IMG/VR virus record: IMGVR_UViG_3300020043_002110
Span: 1-24,535 of that record
Direction: 5' to 3' (one strand)
DNA from: a virus
Lineage: Duplodnaviria > Caudoviricetes
Length of the DNA: 24,535 nucleotides
Part shown: in pieces, positions 8,168 to 16,952 of the stretch
How positions within the stretch are numbered: the stretch's first letter is position 1
Layout of the letters: every line of letters starts with the position of its first letter
Made by a program: the position numbers and the translations under genes
Notes under the pieces: generated by a model
The model's database searches: none
What the model was told of the DNA's origin: nothing
Seen by the model: only the letters and a program-made list of their open reading frames with translations

Positions 8168-8297
8168 AAAAATTTATTGACACGCGTTGTTGATTTTATT
8201 TATTTATATATATCCCTTTAGGGATATATATAAATAAATAAAATACACGGCGCATCAATACCGACCAAATAAATACAAAAAAACATTTCAACAATGT
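8168..8297. repeat. AT-rich palindromic element, copy 1
   Basis: Perfect 25-bp arms (8193-8217 / 8220-8244) around TT; direct repeat of 23703-23835. Confidence 0.95.
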
Positions 8298-8363
8298 GGT
8301 TTTGTCAACCCAAAGGTTCACGAACGGCGAACGAATTTCAACCCATCGGTTGACGTTGTGCAT

Positions 8364-8388
8364 AAAAAAACCCGACACACTGGTCGGG
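8364..8388 (-). terminator. intrinsic terminator after the lysis cassette
   Basis: Minus strand CCCGAC-cagtgt-GTCGGG followed by T7. Confidence 0.75.
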
Positions 8389-8418
8389 CATACCATTTCG
8401 GTGACGTCAACGATATGG

Positions 8419-8838
8419 TCACCAACGCCGGTCATGCGAACGGAACACGACGAACACGGCGGAAAACACCAGCGCAACGAATCCCAACCAACCGATGACA
8501 CGTTCGCGTCGGGTGACGGGTTGAACGACTTGCGGAATTTCGCGTATAACGTCGATTTTTATCGTGTCGGGTAGACAAGTACCCTCGACCATCAAAGTAT
8601 CGTAAGAACGCACCAAACGCACCCGTACGCGGTCGCGTTCAATCGTTATCGTATCGACGTCGTTCATCACGATCGTGTCGGTCAATTTTCGTTCCCGTGT
8701 GACGACGATTGTGTCGAACCGAACCGCCGTTGGTTTGACAATCGACGGGTCTTTGGCAATCGCACGTTTTAGGTGCCACGATGCAGAACACGACGCCATC
8801 ACGGCGACGGCGGGAACAATCAATATCCAACGAGCCAT
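8419..8838 (-). CDS. putative unimolecular spanin (lipoprotein with C-terminal TM)
   Basis: Signal peptide ending in lipobox-like MASC, beta-rich DT-repeat middle, C-terminal hydrophobic helix; directly after the endolysin. Confidence 0.72.
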   Translation of the reverse strand: MARWILIVPAVAVMASCSASWHLKRAIAKDPSIVKPTAVRFDTIVVTRERKLTDTIVMNDVDTITIERDRVRVRLVRSYDTLMVEGTCLPDTIKIDVIREIPQVVQPVTRRERVIGWLGFVALVFSAVFVVFRSHDRRW

Positions 8839-9236
8839 GCGAATTTTTGTTTGACGTTAAACGACGGACACGCCTTCGCGGCGTATTCATTGTGGCCGTG
8901 CAACGTTAGCGGGCCATATTCATCACGCAAATGCTTCACCAAATTAACGAATGCCGTTTCTTGTGCGGCGTTCATTGTGTCTTTCGCCTTTCCCGCCGCA
9001 TCCGTTCCGCCGACGTACACCACACCAATTGTTGTGGCGTTGTGTCCGGCGACGTGTGCGCCCGTTTTTGACACGTCGCGCCCGGAATGAACCGAACCAT
9101 CGATATAAATGATGAAATGATATCCGACGTCCGACCATCCACGGGCTTTGTGCCAAACGCGGATTGTGTCAACGTCAACGTGACGACCCTCGGGTGTCGC
9201 GGTGCAATGCAGAATGATGCGGTCGAGTTTACGCAC
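8820..9236 (-). CDS. endolysin, N-acetylmuramoyl-L-alanine amidase (Amidase_2, T7 lysozyme-like)
   Basis: IILHCTAT, WH..RGWSDVGYHF, GAHVAGHN, GHNE..AKACPSF (Zn ligands H, H, C). Confidence 0.95.
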   Translation of the reverse strand: MRKLDRIILHCTATPEGRHVDVDTIRVWHKARGWSDVGYHFIIYIDGSVHSGRDVSKTGAHVAGHNATTIGVVYVGGTDAAGKAKDTMNAAQETAFVNLVKHLRDEYGPLTLHGHNEYAAKACPSFNVKQKFAWLVGY

Positions 9237-9357
9237 GACCTTGCCCGCGGTATGGTTTCGTTTTGTTTCCGTGCTTCACGGATTTTGCGTGCTTGCCACG
9301 CTTGCGTGATTTGGAAACGTACGTCGACGACGCCGTTGCCTTAACTTTTGCCGCCAT
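9229..9357 (-). CDS. small highly basic protein ending in YRGQGR (42 aa), not in the ORF track
   Basis: Manual translation MAAKVKATASSTYVSKSRKRGKHAKSVKHGNKTKPYRGQGRA*; overlaps both neighbours. Confidence 0.75.
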   Translation of the reverse strand: MAAKVKATASSTYVSKSRKRGKHAKSVKHGNKTKPYRGQGRA

Positions 9358-9523
9358 CGGTTTTGTCGGGGTCTTTGAGGAACAACATAAAAAATCCGCT
9401 GGTTATGAATAACCCGACCTCCGTCAAAGTGCTTTTGCCGAACCAAACGAATAAAAACGAAACGACCAACACCAGTAAACCGATGATGGTCGTTTTCGGA
9501 TTGCGAAACAATCGGTCGATCAT
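9341..9523 (-). CDS. putative holin (two TM segments)
   Basis: NPKTTIIGLL... two hydrophobic helices and a charged tail; upstream of the amidase. Confidence 0.6.
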   Translation of the reverse strand: MIDRLFRNPKTTIIGLLVLVVSFLFVWFGKSTLTEVGLFITSGFFMLFLKDPDKTDGGKS

Positions 9524-9708
9524 TCTTTGTTTTTTTTCCGCATTTCGTGTCGGTATTGAATGTCCAAGTACGCTTTGTACATGAGCATTCCCGTCAACGC
9601 AATTGCGAACAACGACGCGATGGCGGACAATATCGGGTTAATGTTTAACGTCAACCACGATGCGATCGTGGAGCCAAACGCCAAACCAGTTTGTTCGCCG
9701 CGTGTCAT
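9520..9708 (-). CDS. small membrane protein, putative holin or antiholin
   Basis: Hydrophobic segment(s) and a basic C-terminus, in the lysis region. Confidence 0.55.
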   Translation of the reverse strand: MTRGEQTGLAFGSTIASWLTLNINPILSAIASLFAIALTGMLMYKAYLDIQYRHEMRKKNKE

Positions 9709-9711
9709 TGT

Positions 9712-9837
9712 TTATTCCGTTTTTTCGTTCAACGTGTTGTTGTACGCGTGAATCAACACGCGCACCTCGTCCAACTCCATCAAAAGGACTTGTTCCCGTT
9801 GTTGCAATTGAACGAGGCGTTCGCGAAGGTGATCCAT
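9712..9837 (-). CDS. small coiled-coil protein (41 aa), not in the ORF track
   Basis: MDHLRERLVQLQQREQVLLMELDEVRVLIHAYNNTLNEKTE*; TAATG overlap with the upstream stop. Confidence 0.65.
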   Translation of the reverse strand: MDHLRERLVQLQQREQVLLMELDEVRVLIHAYNNTLNEKTE

Positions 9838-10106
9838 TATTCCGCGGCGTTTGCCGGTTCGGTCACGATTTCCTCAACCACTACGGGCGTTGGAACCATA
9901 GCCCAAGCATCTGAAGCCAAAGTGCGGTAGTAGCCATCAACTCCCAATACCTCATCGGCAGCAGGGTCGTTGACTTGGAGCACCGTGCGCCAATAAGATG
10001 AGGCGATAACTGCGCCATCTTTGGTTACATCGGTGGTCTTGCGTACTTCAATCGTTCCGTCAATCTTGACGTTGAAGCCCGAAATGTAGATTACTTCTTC
10101 AATCAT
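9837..10106 (-). CDS. fibre-associated small protein (possible chaperone or tip cap)
   Basis: DGTIEVRKTT...DG..IASSYWR.VL pattern that I recall downstream of DDYEEG-type fibres; shares the fibre gene's atypical composition. Confidence 0.65.
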   Translation of the reverse strand: MIEEVIYISGFNVKIDGTIEVRKTTDVTKDGAVIASSYWRTVLQVNDPAADEVLGVDGYYRTLASDAWAMVPTPVVVEEIVTEPANAAE

Positions 10107-10124
10107 TTTGTTTAGTTTTATTTT

Positions 10125-11216
10125 TTATACGAAGTAGGTAAATGATATAATTATTGAAGAATCGTTAGCAAAATTAGTATTATCTAAATTGTCAAACAAT
10201 CCTGCAGTCGTTATCTCTTGCAAGGCTATGGTATTTTGCCCAATTTCCCCGTATGCAATAAAGACATCCGAAAACGAAATATACGCAGGTCTTAAAGTAG
10301 GCGCAGAGTAATTTCCAAAAGAACCACCTGAAATGTTAAAAGGCAAACCTTCAATCTTGGCGGCACCCGTAGATGTTCCTTTGTTAGATAACTCAATTAA
10401 GCCATTTACTGTAACCTGCCGACCGATTTTAGTATAGGTTGCCGTACGACTCGCATAAGTAATTCCCGTAGACCCACCACCAAAAGTAATGCTCGCAGTA
10501 AAAGTCCCCTCTTCGTAGTCATCAAGGGCGTTGGCTGCTGCGGTGTCCCCGTTGAATGTTAGGCCGTCAGCAGTAATGCGAACACGCTCGGCAGGGGCGG
10601 TGTCAGACGTTCCACTTCGGGTTGCGAATACTAAATCTCCCCTCGTGCTACCTGCACCACTTGTGCATAAATAACCAATGTACGCAGGTTGTTGTGTTTC
10701 CCCGTCATATCCAAAATTTATCAAATTTGCTTTGGTTGATGAATCCGCACCCGACAAACTTAATGCAGCGTTACCCGTTGCACCATAACTTGTTGTGATT
10801 GTTTTTATTGAAGTCAATTTAGAAGTAGGCGCACTCGTGCCGATGCCTACGTTGCCTGCGGAGGTGATGCGAAGACGCTCTGCATTGTTTGCTCTTAAAA
10901 TAAGGGCATCAGTAGCGTTGTCGTAACGAATACCACCATCAGCAAGGTTAGCCGTGTTGCCCAAGTTCAAAGAAGACAAACCCGAAGCACCGCCTTCAAT
11001 ACCAATAGTCGTATCTCCGCTTCCTTTTACTTGTAGCGAATACGTTGGCGTAGCCGTTCCAATACCTACTTGGCTCGTTGACAAAGCAAGAATTGAATCA
11101 TTACCCAAGCCATCAGATAGGTATTTAGCCGTACCGCTTAACGGCCCGTTATCCGTAACCTTAATAAGGCTATCGTAAGTGTCTTGGGGAGTAGTCCCCG
11201 TTAAAGTTGTTCCCAT
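10125..11216 (-). CDS. tail fibre / receptor-binding protein
   Basis: Repeated (GN)VGIGT..P and ERLRIT/ERVRIT units; C-terminal ALDDYEEGTFT...YTKIGRQVTV..GLPF domain. Confidence 0.85.
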   Translation of the reverse strand: MGTTLTGTTPQDTYDSLIKVTDNGPLSGTAKYLSDGLGNDSILALSTSQVGIGTATPTYSLQVKGSGDTTIGIEGGASGLSSLNLGNTANLADGGIRYDNATDALILRANNAERLRITSAGNVGIGTSAPTSKLTSIKTITTSYGATGNAALSLSGADSSTKANLINFGYDGETQQPAYIGYLCTSGAGSTRGDLVFATRSGTSDTAPAERVRITADGLTFNGDTAAANALDDYEEGTFTASITFGGGSTGITYASRTATYTKIGRQVTVNGLIELSNKGTSTGAAKIEGLPFNISGGSFGNYSAPTLRPAYISFSDVFIAYGEIGQNTIALQEITTAGLFDNLDNTNFANDSSIIISFTYFV

Positions 11217-11365
11217 GTTCTTTCAATTGATTCCCAATTATCGCCAAGTAGTTCCCAACGCTCGCCATCGCCGCCACCGCCCGCAACACCAGCGCCAATG
11301 ATGGCCGATGAAATCGAGTTGATTCGGTTGCGACGAAATAACGATATGTAAAGCGCTGTACTCAT
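11201..11365 (-). CDS. 54-aa protein with Gly linker and Trp-heptad tail, not in the ORF track
   Basis: MSTALYISLFRRNRINSISSAIIGAGVAGGGGDGERWELLGDNWESIERTWEQL*; overlaps the fibre start by 16 bp. Confidence 0.75.
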   Translation of the reverse strand: MSTALYISLFRRNRINSISSAIIGAGVAGGGGDGERWELLGDNWESIERTWEQL

Positions 11366-11428
11366 TGTATAATCAAAATTAATTAATTATATTACGAAGC
11401 AAACGTGATTTTATCAACAATTGCGTTT

Positions 11429-13972
11429 TTATCCTTTGTCCTTTTTCTGAATCACCCACCAATCGCCGTTGTGCGCCAAATACGTTGCGCCGTCATACGA
11501 TCGCGTCATTGCGGACGACGATTCGCCATCAATTAAAACACCCGTGTCGCTAGCGTCGGGCGTGATTGACAACGCGTTGGAATTCGAAATCGTTGAATCC
11601 GTTTTGATACGAACCATTCGGCCCTCGGACGTACCGACCCGCGGCAATTTGATTGTGAATGTTCCCGAACCGCCCGACCACGTTGCGAACAAAACATAAT
11701 CCGTATTTTTTACCTCATACGTTCCCGATGCGGTCGCGGTGACGTCAACAATGTTTGACGCCCACGATCCGTTGACGAGCGCATTCGCGTTCATCGTCGC
11801 GTTGCCATTCATCGTCGTGGTTCCGTTCATTGTCGCCGCACCCGTGACGCCCAGCGTTGACGACAACGTCGTTGCGCCGGTCACGTTTGCCGTTCCGTTG
11901 ATACGCCCGCCCGTAGCCGTTTGTTCGTATGGGCCGACCGATTCGTTTTCAATATCAACCGACATACCGGCGATTCGTCCGCCGACAATATCGTTCGGCG
12001 AAAATCCCGACGATGTCGCCGTTGAAATTGGCAATCTGTTCACCAAATCGGGCAACACGTCAAGTGCCGTCACCGAACCGCGGAATGTTTCAATTTTATA
12101 CCAACGCCCCGACCATTCATCCGTGTTCGCCGTGAACGTTCCCGACGTCATCAAATACGCGGTTGAATCAAACACGATGCGTTGACCGAACGTCGTCGTT
12201 GCAATAACGTTTCCGTTGTATTGTTCAATTGGGCGAACGTGCAATGCCAACGTTTCGTTGGTCAATAGTTTCAAAATCGGCACGGCGGTTCCGCTGGAAC
12301 CCTTGCGCCAATCCTCGGTACCAATCCACGACGTTCCGTTGTACGCGGCCAAATGTCCCGTTTGACGTGGGCCGTCGGCAATGAACAAATCGCCAAGGTC
12401 GAGCGTCAAATTTGAATCAACGTTGGTGTCGGTATTTGACGACGAAAATGTCGCGCCGGGTGCATTTGTTGAACCATTTGTTTCGATACCAAACACGAAC
12501 ACCGAATCGAACAACGGCGTTTGCGTCGGTGTGTACGTTGCGCCATTTCCCGCGCGGAATACGCCGTGAAGGGACAACACGAAATCCAATTCGCCGTTGA
12601 CGGGAATATCGGGTGTAATGATTGCAACGGGGTAATTGACGATGGCGATTCCCGACGAAAAAAACATGGGCAAATCAAAAAAGTATTCACCCGCCGTTGT
12701 CGACCACGACGGAATCCCGAACATTGCGCCACCCGCGGCGTACCCGTTATACGTTCGGTTGCAGTAATAATACGTCCCCGTCGATGAATCTTGAATGCGG
12801 ATTCGCATTTTGAACACGGGAAAAATCGGTGACGTTGCGGTCGGTGCGCCGACGACCTTGAAATTGAATGACGTTGAACCAATCGACAATTGAACACCCG
12901 AACCACCCGCGATGAATCCCGCGGTATATGCGTTCGGCGCGTTGCGGAATCGGAACAACCCGAATGCGTTGAACGGGTTGAGGAATCGTTGAACGTAATG
13001 GATTTTCGCCAACTGAACGGCGGGCAAAAAATCAAAATTGTTTCCCGAACGACGTGCGCCACCCGCGGCGGTTTGGTTTAACGTGAGGTCATCATTTAAT
13101 GAAATGCGCTCAAGTTGAACCCCGGTTTTGTCGTATTTCGAAACGTAACGCGATGCGGCATCGCGGTTGCCGTATTGTTCGAATACGAATCGTCCGCGTT
13201 GCATGAAAATTCGCGCGTTGTACAACGTCGCCATTTGACGCAACAATTCCAATGCGGGCGACAACACGTCGTTTCCGTCGTCGTCCTTTTGCGTGAAATA
13301 TCGAACGTCAAAACCTTGGTTGTACAACGGGTCATTTGCCGTTGAATACGTTTGCGCGTTGGTTTCCCACCAATCCGCCGACGTTTCAAAAAATACGTCG
13401 GACGCACCCCACAAATCATACGTTCCGATTTTTTCAAAACATTCGCGCAAAACGTCCGTGATGCGTGTCGTTTTGAATCCGTTGGTTTCGTTCACCACGT
13501 TGGCGGCATCGTACTCGATGTTCGCCAAACGCCCGATTCCGTCGGTTGCGGTGATTTCGTAAATGTATGGGGCCGATGAATCCTCGACGTTCACGAGGTC
13601 TTGCGTTAGCCAGCCAATCCAATACAATGAAATTTCGTCCCACGGATCGGTTGCGTTATTCCACAAATCTGCCCACGATTCCCAAACCGCCGTTGGGCGA
13701 TATACGACAACACGAAATCGGTTTTCTTGAAATGTTTTCAACGTATCGATGAACGTTTCAAATGTTGCATCCGCGGCATACGCGCCGAATGTCATTTTCG
13801 AACCGACAATGGGCGAAACGATGTCATCGGTTTCGCCCTCGTACGTTAGTTCAAAACCGCGTGAATCGACGTTGAACGTCGTGGCCGCGGCCAACCATTG
13901 CGTGTCGTGGATTTCGATTCGGTATAAAATACCTTGATCGGACTTGAATTCGGAATAAAGACGAACGGCCAT
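11429..13972 (-). CDS. large tail-tip / baseplate hub protein with fibre-like C-terminus
   Basis: Directly follows the tape measure gene; ITATDGIGRL motif; 6-residue beta-helix-like repeats (GAATMN GTTTMN GNATMN) near the C-terminus. Confidence 0.75.
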   Translation of the reverse strand: MAVRLYSEFKSDQGILYRIEIHDTQWLAAATTFNVDSRGFELTYEGETDDIVSPIVGSKMTFGAYAADATFETFIDTLKTFQENRFRVVVYRPTAVWESWADLWNNATDPWDEISLYWIGWLTQDLVNVEDSSAPYIYEITATDGIGRLANIEYDAANVVNETNGFKTTRITDVLRECFEKIGTYDLWGASDVFFETSADWWETNAQTYSTANDPLYNQGFDVRYFTQKDDDGNDVLSPALELLRQMATLYNARIFMQRGRFVFEQYGNRDAASRYVSKYDKTGVQLERISLNDDLTLNQTAAGGARRSGNNFDFLPAVQLAKIHYVQRFLNPFNAFGLFRFRNAPNAYTAGFIAGGSGVQLSIGSTSFNFKVVGAPTATSPIFPVFKMRIRIQDSSTGTYYYCNRTYNGYAAGGAMFGIPSWSTTAGEYFFDLPMFFSSGIAIVNYPVAIITPDIPVNGELDFVLSLHGVFRAGNGATYTPTQTPLFDSVFVFGIETNGSTNAPGATFSSSNTDTNVDSNLTLDLGDLFIADGPRQTGHLAAYNGTSWIGTEDWRKGSSGTAVPILKLLTNETLALHVRPIEQYNGNVIATTTFGQRIVFDSTAYLMTSGTFTANTDEWSGRWYKIETFRGSVTALDVLPDLVNRLPISTATSSGFSPNDIVGGRIAGMSVDIENESVGPYEQTATGGRINGTANVTGATTLSSTLGVTGAATMNGTTTMNGNATMNANALVNGSWASNIVDVTATASGTYEVKNTDYVLFATWSGGSGTFTIKLPRVGTSEGRMVRIKTDSTISNSNALSITPDASDTGVLIDGESSSAMTRSYDGATYLAHNGDWWVIQKKDKG

Positions 13973-13987
13973 TTGTTTTGTGTTGTA

Positions 13988-16294
13988 TTAAAATCCGCGG
14001 TATCGTGAACGTTGACGCTCGGCGCGTTCGGACGAAATCAAAATGTCGGAACCTTGAATGCGACCCGTCACGACGACGTTGCTTTGGTTTCCGAAACCGC
14101 CCATCATTCCCTCGAGTTTATCCAAAGGAATGACGGCCTCGGGGCCACGACCTTCACCAATCAATGCGAGCGTTGGCCCCGTCGCGATACCACCCTCGGC
14201 CAATGCGGGAATGGTTCCGCCGCCTTGAATCGCACCCGCCTTTTTCGCAAGTGACGTGCGGATTCCCGACGCCAACGCAACCAACGCAATACCGCCCGCG
14301 ATGGCGACGGCGGGGTTCAATGTTTTCAATGCGACTTGAATTCCCAGCAACGCGATACCGGTTTGGATTGCCATTTCACCGACTTGTTGCAACAAACCCG
14401 CCAACGATTGCAACGCGAAGGTTCCGAAATCAGCAATCCCCGCACCGCCAACCGCGGCCGCGCCAATCATTTCACCGATACCAATTGCGAACGATGTCGC
14501 GGCACCCGTGATGGCGGACGAAATGTCCTTTGACAATTGTTTGGTCGCCTCAATCAATTTGAATTGTTCCATCGTCATCGCTTGAATCGGCGATGCCATT
14601 TGAACGGCACCCGCTTTCATTGCGGCAACCGCCGTGTTCATCGACTTTGGTGCAACCTTCGCCAATGATTTGAACGATGAAACGACGCCAGCAACCCCCG
14701 AACCACTGGCGGCGTCACCCGTTCCCGTTGTATCGCCTTCGACGCCGATTATTTCCGCCGCACCTTTGGTAACGGCCGACGCGGTAGAACCGCCGAACAT
14801 TGCGCCGACGTCGCGTTTGACCTCTTTGGCGACTTGTGAAATGGATTTCAGTTTCGGAACGGCCTCCATTTCAAGTTTGTCGAACAACTCGATTTTGATT
14901 CCGTCCATACCAAGGGCGTCGGCGACGCCGTTGAACACTTTGATCCAGTTGTTCAAATACGAAATTCCGAGGTTCACGAATCCGCGAACGGCATTCAATG
15001 CCATCGCTTTGAACGCCTCGAAATTGTACCCCACATAAATCGCAATCGCGCCCAATGCCGCCAACGCCACAACGGCGATACCAATTGGCCCGATTAACAT
15101 TCGCAAACCTTGAATGGCCATAAATCGTAATGCCGCGCCAATTTTCGTGATGTATGGGAGCATCAAAACGAAATTGCGTTGCATCAATCCAAACGTGAAC
15201 AACAACGGCCCGATTGCCGCAACCAACCCCGCAATGACAACCGCAACGATTTTGATCGGGCCGGGCATTTCGTTCAACGTCGACAATACGGACGTCAACG
15301 CCTTCACCAACGGAACCAATGCAACGGAAATGATTTCACCGACGGAAATCATCAAACCCTCGAATGCGGATTGAAGGTTTTTGAGCGCACCTTGCGTGGT
15401 TGCGCCCATTGTTTCGGCCATCGCCTTTGCGGCCCCGTCGGCCTTTTCAAATGACGCGGTCAACGGGTCGATTTGTGCCGACCCCTTGGCCAATACCAAC
15501 AATGCGGATTGTGCGGTTCGGCCAACCTCTTCGTTCGCATCGGAAAACGTAATTCCCGACGCGGCCAATTGTTTGATTTTTTCCGTGACGGGTTCCGCAC
15601 CCGCACCAAGGTCGCCAATGATTTTCCGCAATGCGGTTCCCGCCATCGAACCTTTGATGCCGGAATTCGAAAGAACGGCCAGCATCGCGGACGTTTCTTC
15701 TAATGAAATGCCAGCGGCGGCCGCAACCGGGCCGACGTATTTCATCGCATCGGCAAACGTCGACAAATCCAATGCGGATTTGTTGAACGATTCCGCCATG
15801 ACGTCGGCAACGTGTGTCGTTTGCGATGCATCCAAACCAAATGCGCGGATTGTTGCGCCCGCGATTTCCGCCGAACGCGCCAAATCCTCGCCCGACGCTT
15901 GTGCCAAATACAATGTGGCCTCGGTGACCTTCGTGATTTCGTCGGCGGAAAAACCAAGGCGAGCGAATTCCGCTTGCAATGCGCCGACTTCTTTGGCCGT
16001 GAAAATGGTTGATGCGCCAAGTTTTTCGGCGTTCTTTTTTAACGCCTCGAATTCAGCACCCGTAGCACCCGAAACCGCCTTGACCTCGGCCATTTGTTGT
16101 TCGAATGCTTGGAATGTGTTGACGGCAATTGCGCCCATCCCCGCAATCGGGGCGGTCAATTGCATCGTCAAACGTTTGCCGGTCGCTTGCATTTGCCGAC
16201 CAGCGCGGTCAAGTGCGCGTTCCGCCTTATTCAACCCCGTAATTAACGGGGCGATGTTTGCGAAAAACCGAAGGTTAATGGACGAAAGATTCAT
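13988..16294 (-). CDS. tail tape measure protein (TP901 family)
   Basis: FEQQMAEVKAVSGATG, DAMKYVGPVA, GIKGSMAGTALR core; hydrophobic Ala/Gly-rich mid region; C-terminal LAEGGIATGPT..IGEG.GPEAVIPL. Confidence 0.95.
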   Translation of the reverse strand: MNLSSINLRFFANIAPLITGLNKAERALDRAGRQMQATGKRLTMQLTAPIAGMGAIAVNTFQAFEQQMAEVKAVSGATGAEFEALKKNAEKLGASTIFTAKEVGALQAEFARLGFSADEITKVTEATLYLAQASGEDLARSAEIAGATIRAFGLDASQTTHVADVMAESFNKSALDLSTFADAMKYVGPVAAAAGISLEETSAMLAVLSNSGIKGSMAGTALRKIIGDLGAGAEPVTEKIKQLAASGITFSDANEEVGRTAQSALLVLAKGSAQIDPLTASFEKADGAAKAMAETMGATTQGALKNLQSAFEGLMISVGEIISVALVPLVKALTSVLSTLNEMPGPIKIVAVVIAGLVAAIGPLLFTFGLMQRNFVLMLPYITKIGAALRFMAIQGLRMLIGPIGIAVVALAALGAIAIYVGYNFEAFKAMALNAVRGFVNLGISYLNNWIKVFNGVADALGMDGIKIELFDKLEMEAVPKLKSISQVAKEVKRDVGAMFGGSTASAVTKGAAEIIGVEGDTTGTGDAASGSGVAGVVSSFKSLAKVAPKSMNTAVAAMKAGAVQMASPIQAMTMEQFKLIEATKQLSKDISSAITGAATSFAIGIGEMIGAAAVGGAGIADFGTFALQSLAGLLQQVGEMAIQTGIALLGIQVALKTLNPAVAIAGGIALVALASGIRTSLAKKAGAIQGGGTIPALAEGGIATGPTLALIGEGRGPEAVIPLDKLEGMMGGFGNQSNVVVTGRIQGSDILISSERAERQRSRYRGF

Positions 16295-16647
16295 CGAATG
16301 CCGAACTTTTGATTGATTGCGTCAATGACTTCACCGCGTGACCACACGCGCTTTGGCCCTTGACGTTTATTTTCCCACGGGAACCGAATCAAATCGGTCG
16401 GCGATACTCGCTTTTTAGTATGCGGCGCAATCGTGACCGACGCGATCCACCGCGCCCGTTCCCAATCAGCGCGGTATTGTTGTTGCAGTTTTTCCGAAAA
16501 ACCCCGCGACGTGTTCGCAAACTCGCGCGGGGTCATATCGTAAAACTGCGACGGCGTCAATCCTATTTGGCCAAATGCGTACGCCTCAATCGTGTCCCAT
16601 GTAGGTATTTCAAAATCGGCGTTGCCGTCGATGCTTTGGCCCGTTAT
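16291..16647 (-). CDS. tail assembly chaperone GT extension (-1 frameshift frame)
   Basis: The -1 frame is open from the A8 slippery run through ITGQSID...GLTPSQFYDMTPREF to the stop at 16291. Confidence 0.85.
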   Translation of the reverse strand: MTGQSIDGNADFEIPTWDTIEAYAFGQIGLTPSQFYDMTPREFANTSRGFSEKLQQQYRADWERARWIASVTIAPHTKKRVSPTDLIRFPWENKRQGPKRVWSRGEVIDAINQKFGIR

Positions 16648-16952
16648 TTTTTTTCTTCTTCGGTGTTGAATTGCCGACCGAAAATGTCGAACGCCTTTTC
16701 CAAAATTGTGTTGTCGTCGTCAAGTAAATCAGCGACGTCGTCAACCGCCATTTTGAATGGCATTTTGTCTTTGCGTGCGCCGTCTTTGAAACCACACCAA
16801 ACCAAGGTGATCGCTTGGTCGAGGGTGATGTCGTGTTGAAGGTTTGACAAAGACGCCAACGGCATTCCGGTCACGCGTGAAAATTCACGCAATGCGTTGA
16901 ACCCGAATCGTACGGGAAAACGCTTGTTGTTTGTTTCGATGTATTCAACCAT
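16644..16952 (-). CDS. tail assembly chaperone (lambda gpG-like)
   Basis: Between tail tube and tape measure; PVRFGFNAL; ends GAA AAA AAA TAA. Confidence 0.88.
   Translation of the reverse strand: MVEYIETNNKRFPVRFGFNALREFSRVTGMPLASLSNLQHDITLDQAITLVWCGFKDGARKDKMPFKMAVDDVADLLDDDNTILEKAFDIFGRQFNTEEEKK

Noticed and set aside
8177-8210. Plus-strand sigma70 promoter from TTGACA inside the repeat
   Set aside because: No good TATAAT at 16-18 bp spacing, no credible plus-strand gene downstream, and the other promoters follow Bacteroidota grammar.
8193-8244. Protelomerase (telRL-type) site of a linear phage-plasmid
   Set aside because: No protelomerase or partition genes in the window, and two internal copies do not fit a single telomere site; only the generic palindrome observation is kept.
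10125-11216. Diversity-generating retroelement acting on the fibre
   Set aside because: No reverse transcriptase and no template/variable repeat pair differing at adenines was seen.
15381-16316. Long plus-strand ORFs (e.g. 311 aa at 15381-16316, 215 aa at 6092-6739, and many shorter)
   Set aside because: They are antisense shadows of well-supported minus-strand genes; AG/CT depletion removes TAG stops and lengthens spurious frames.
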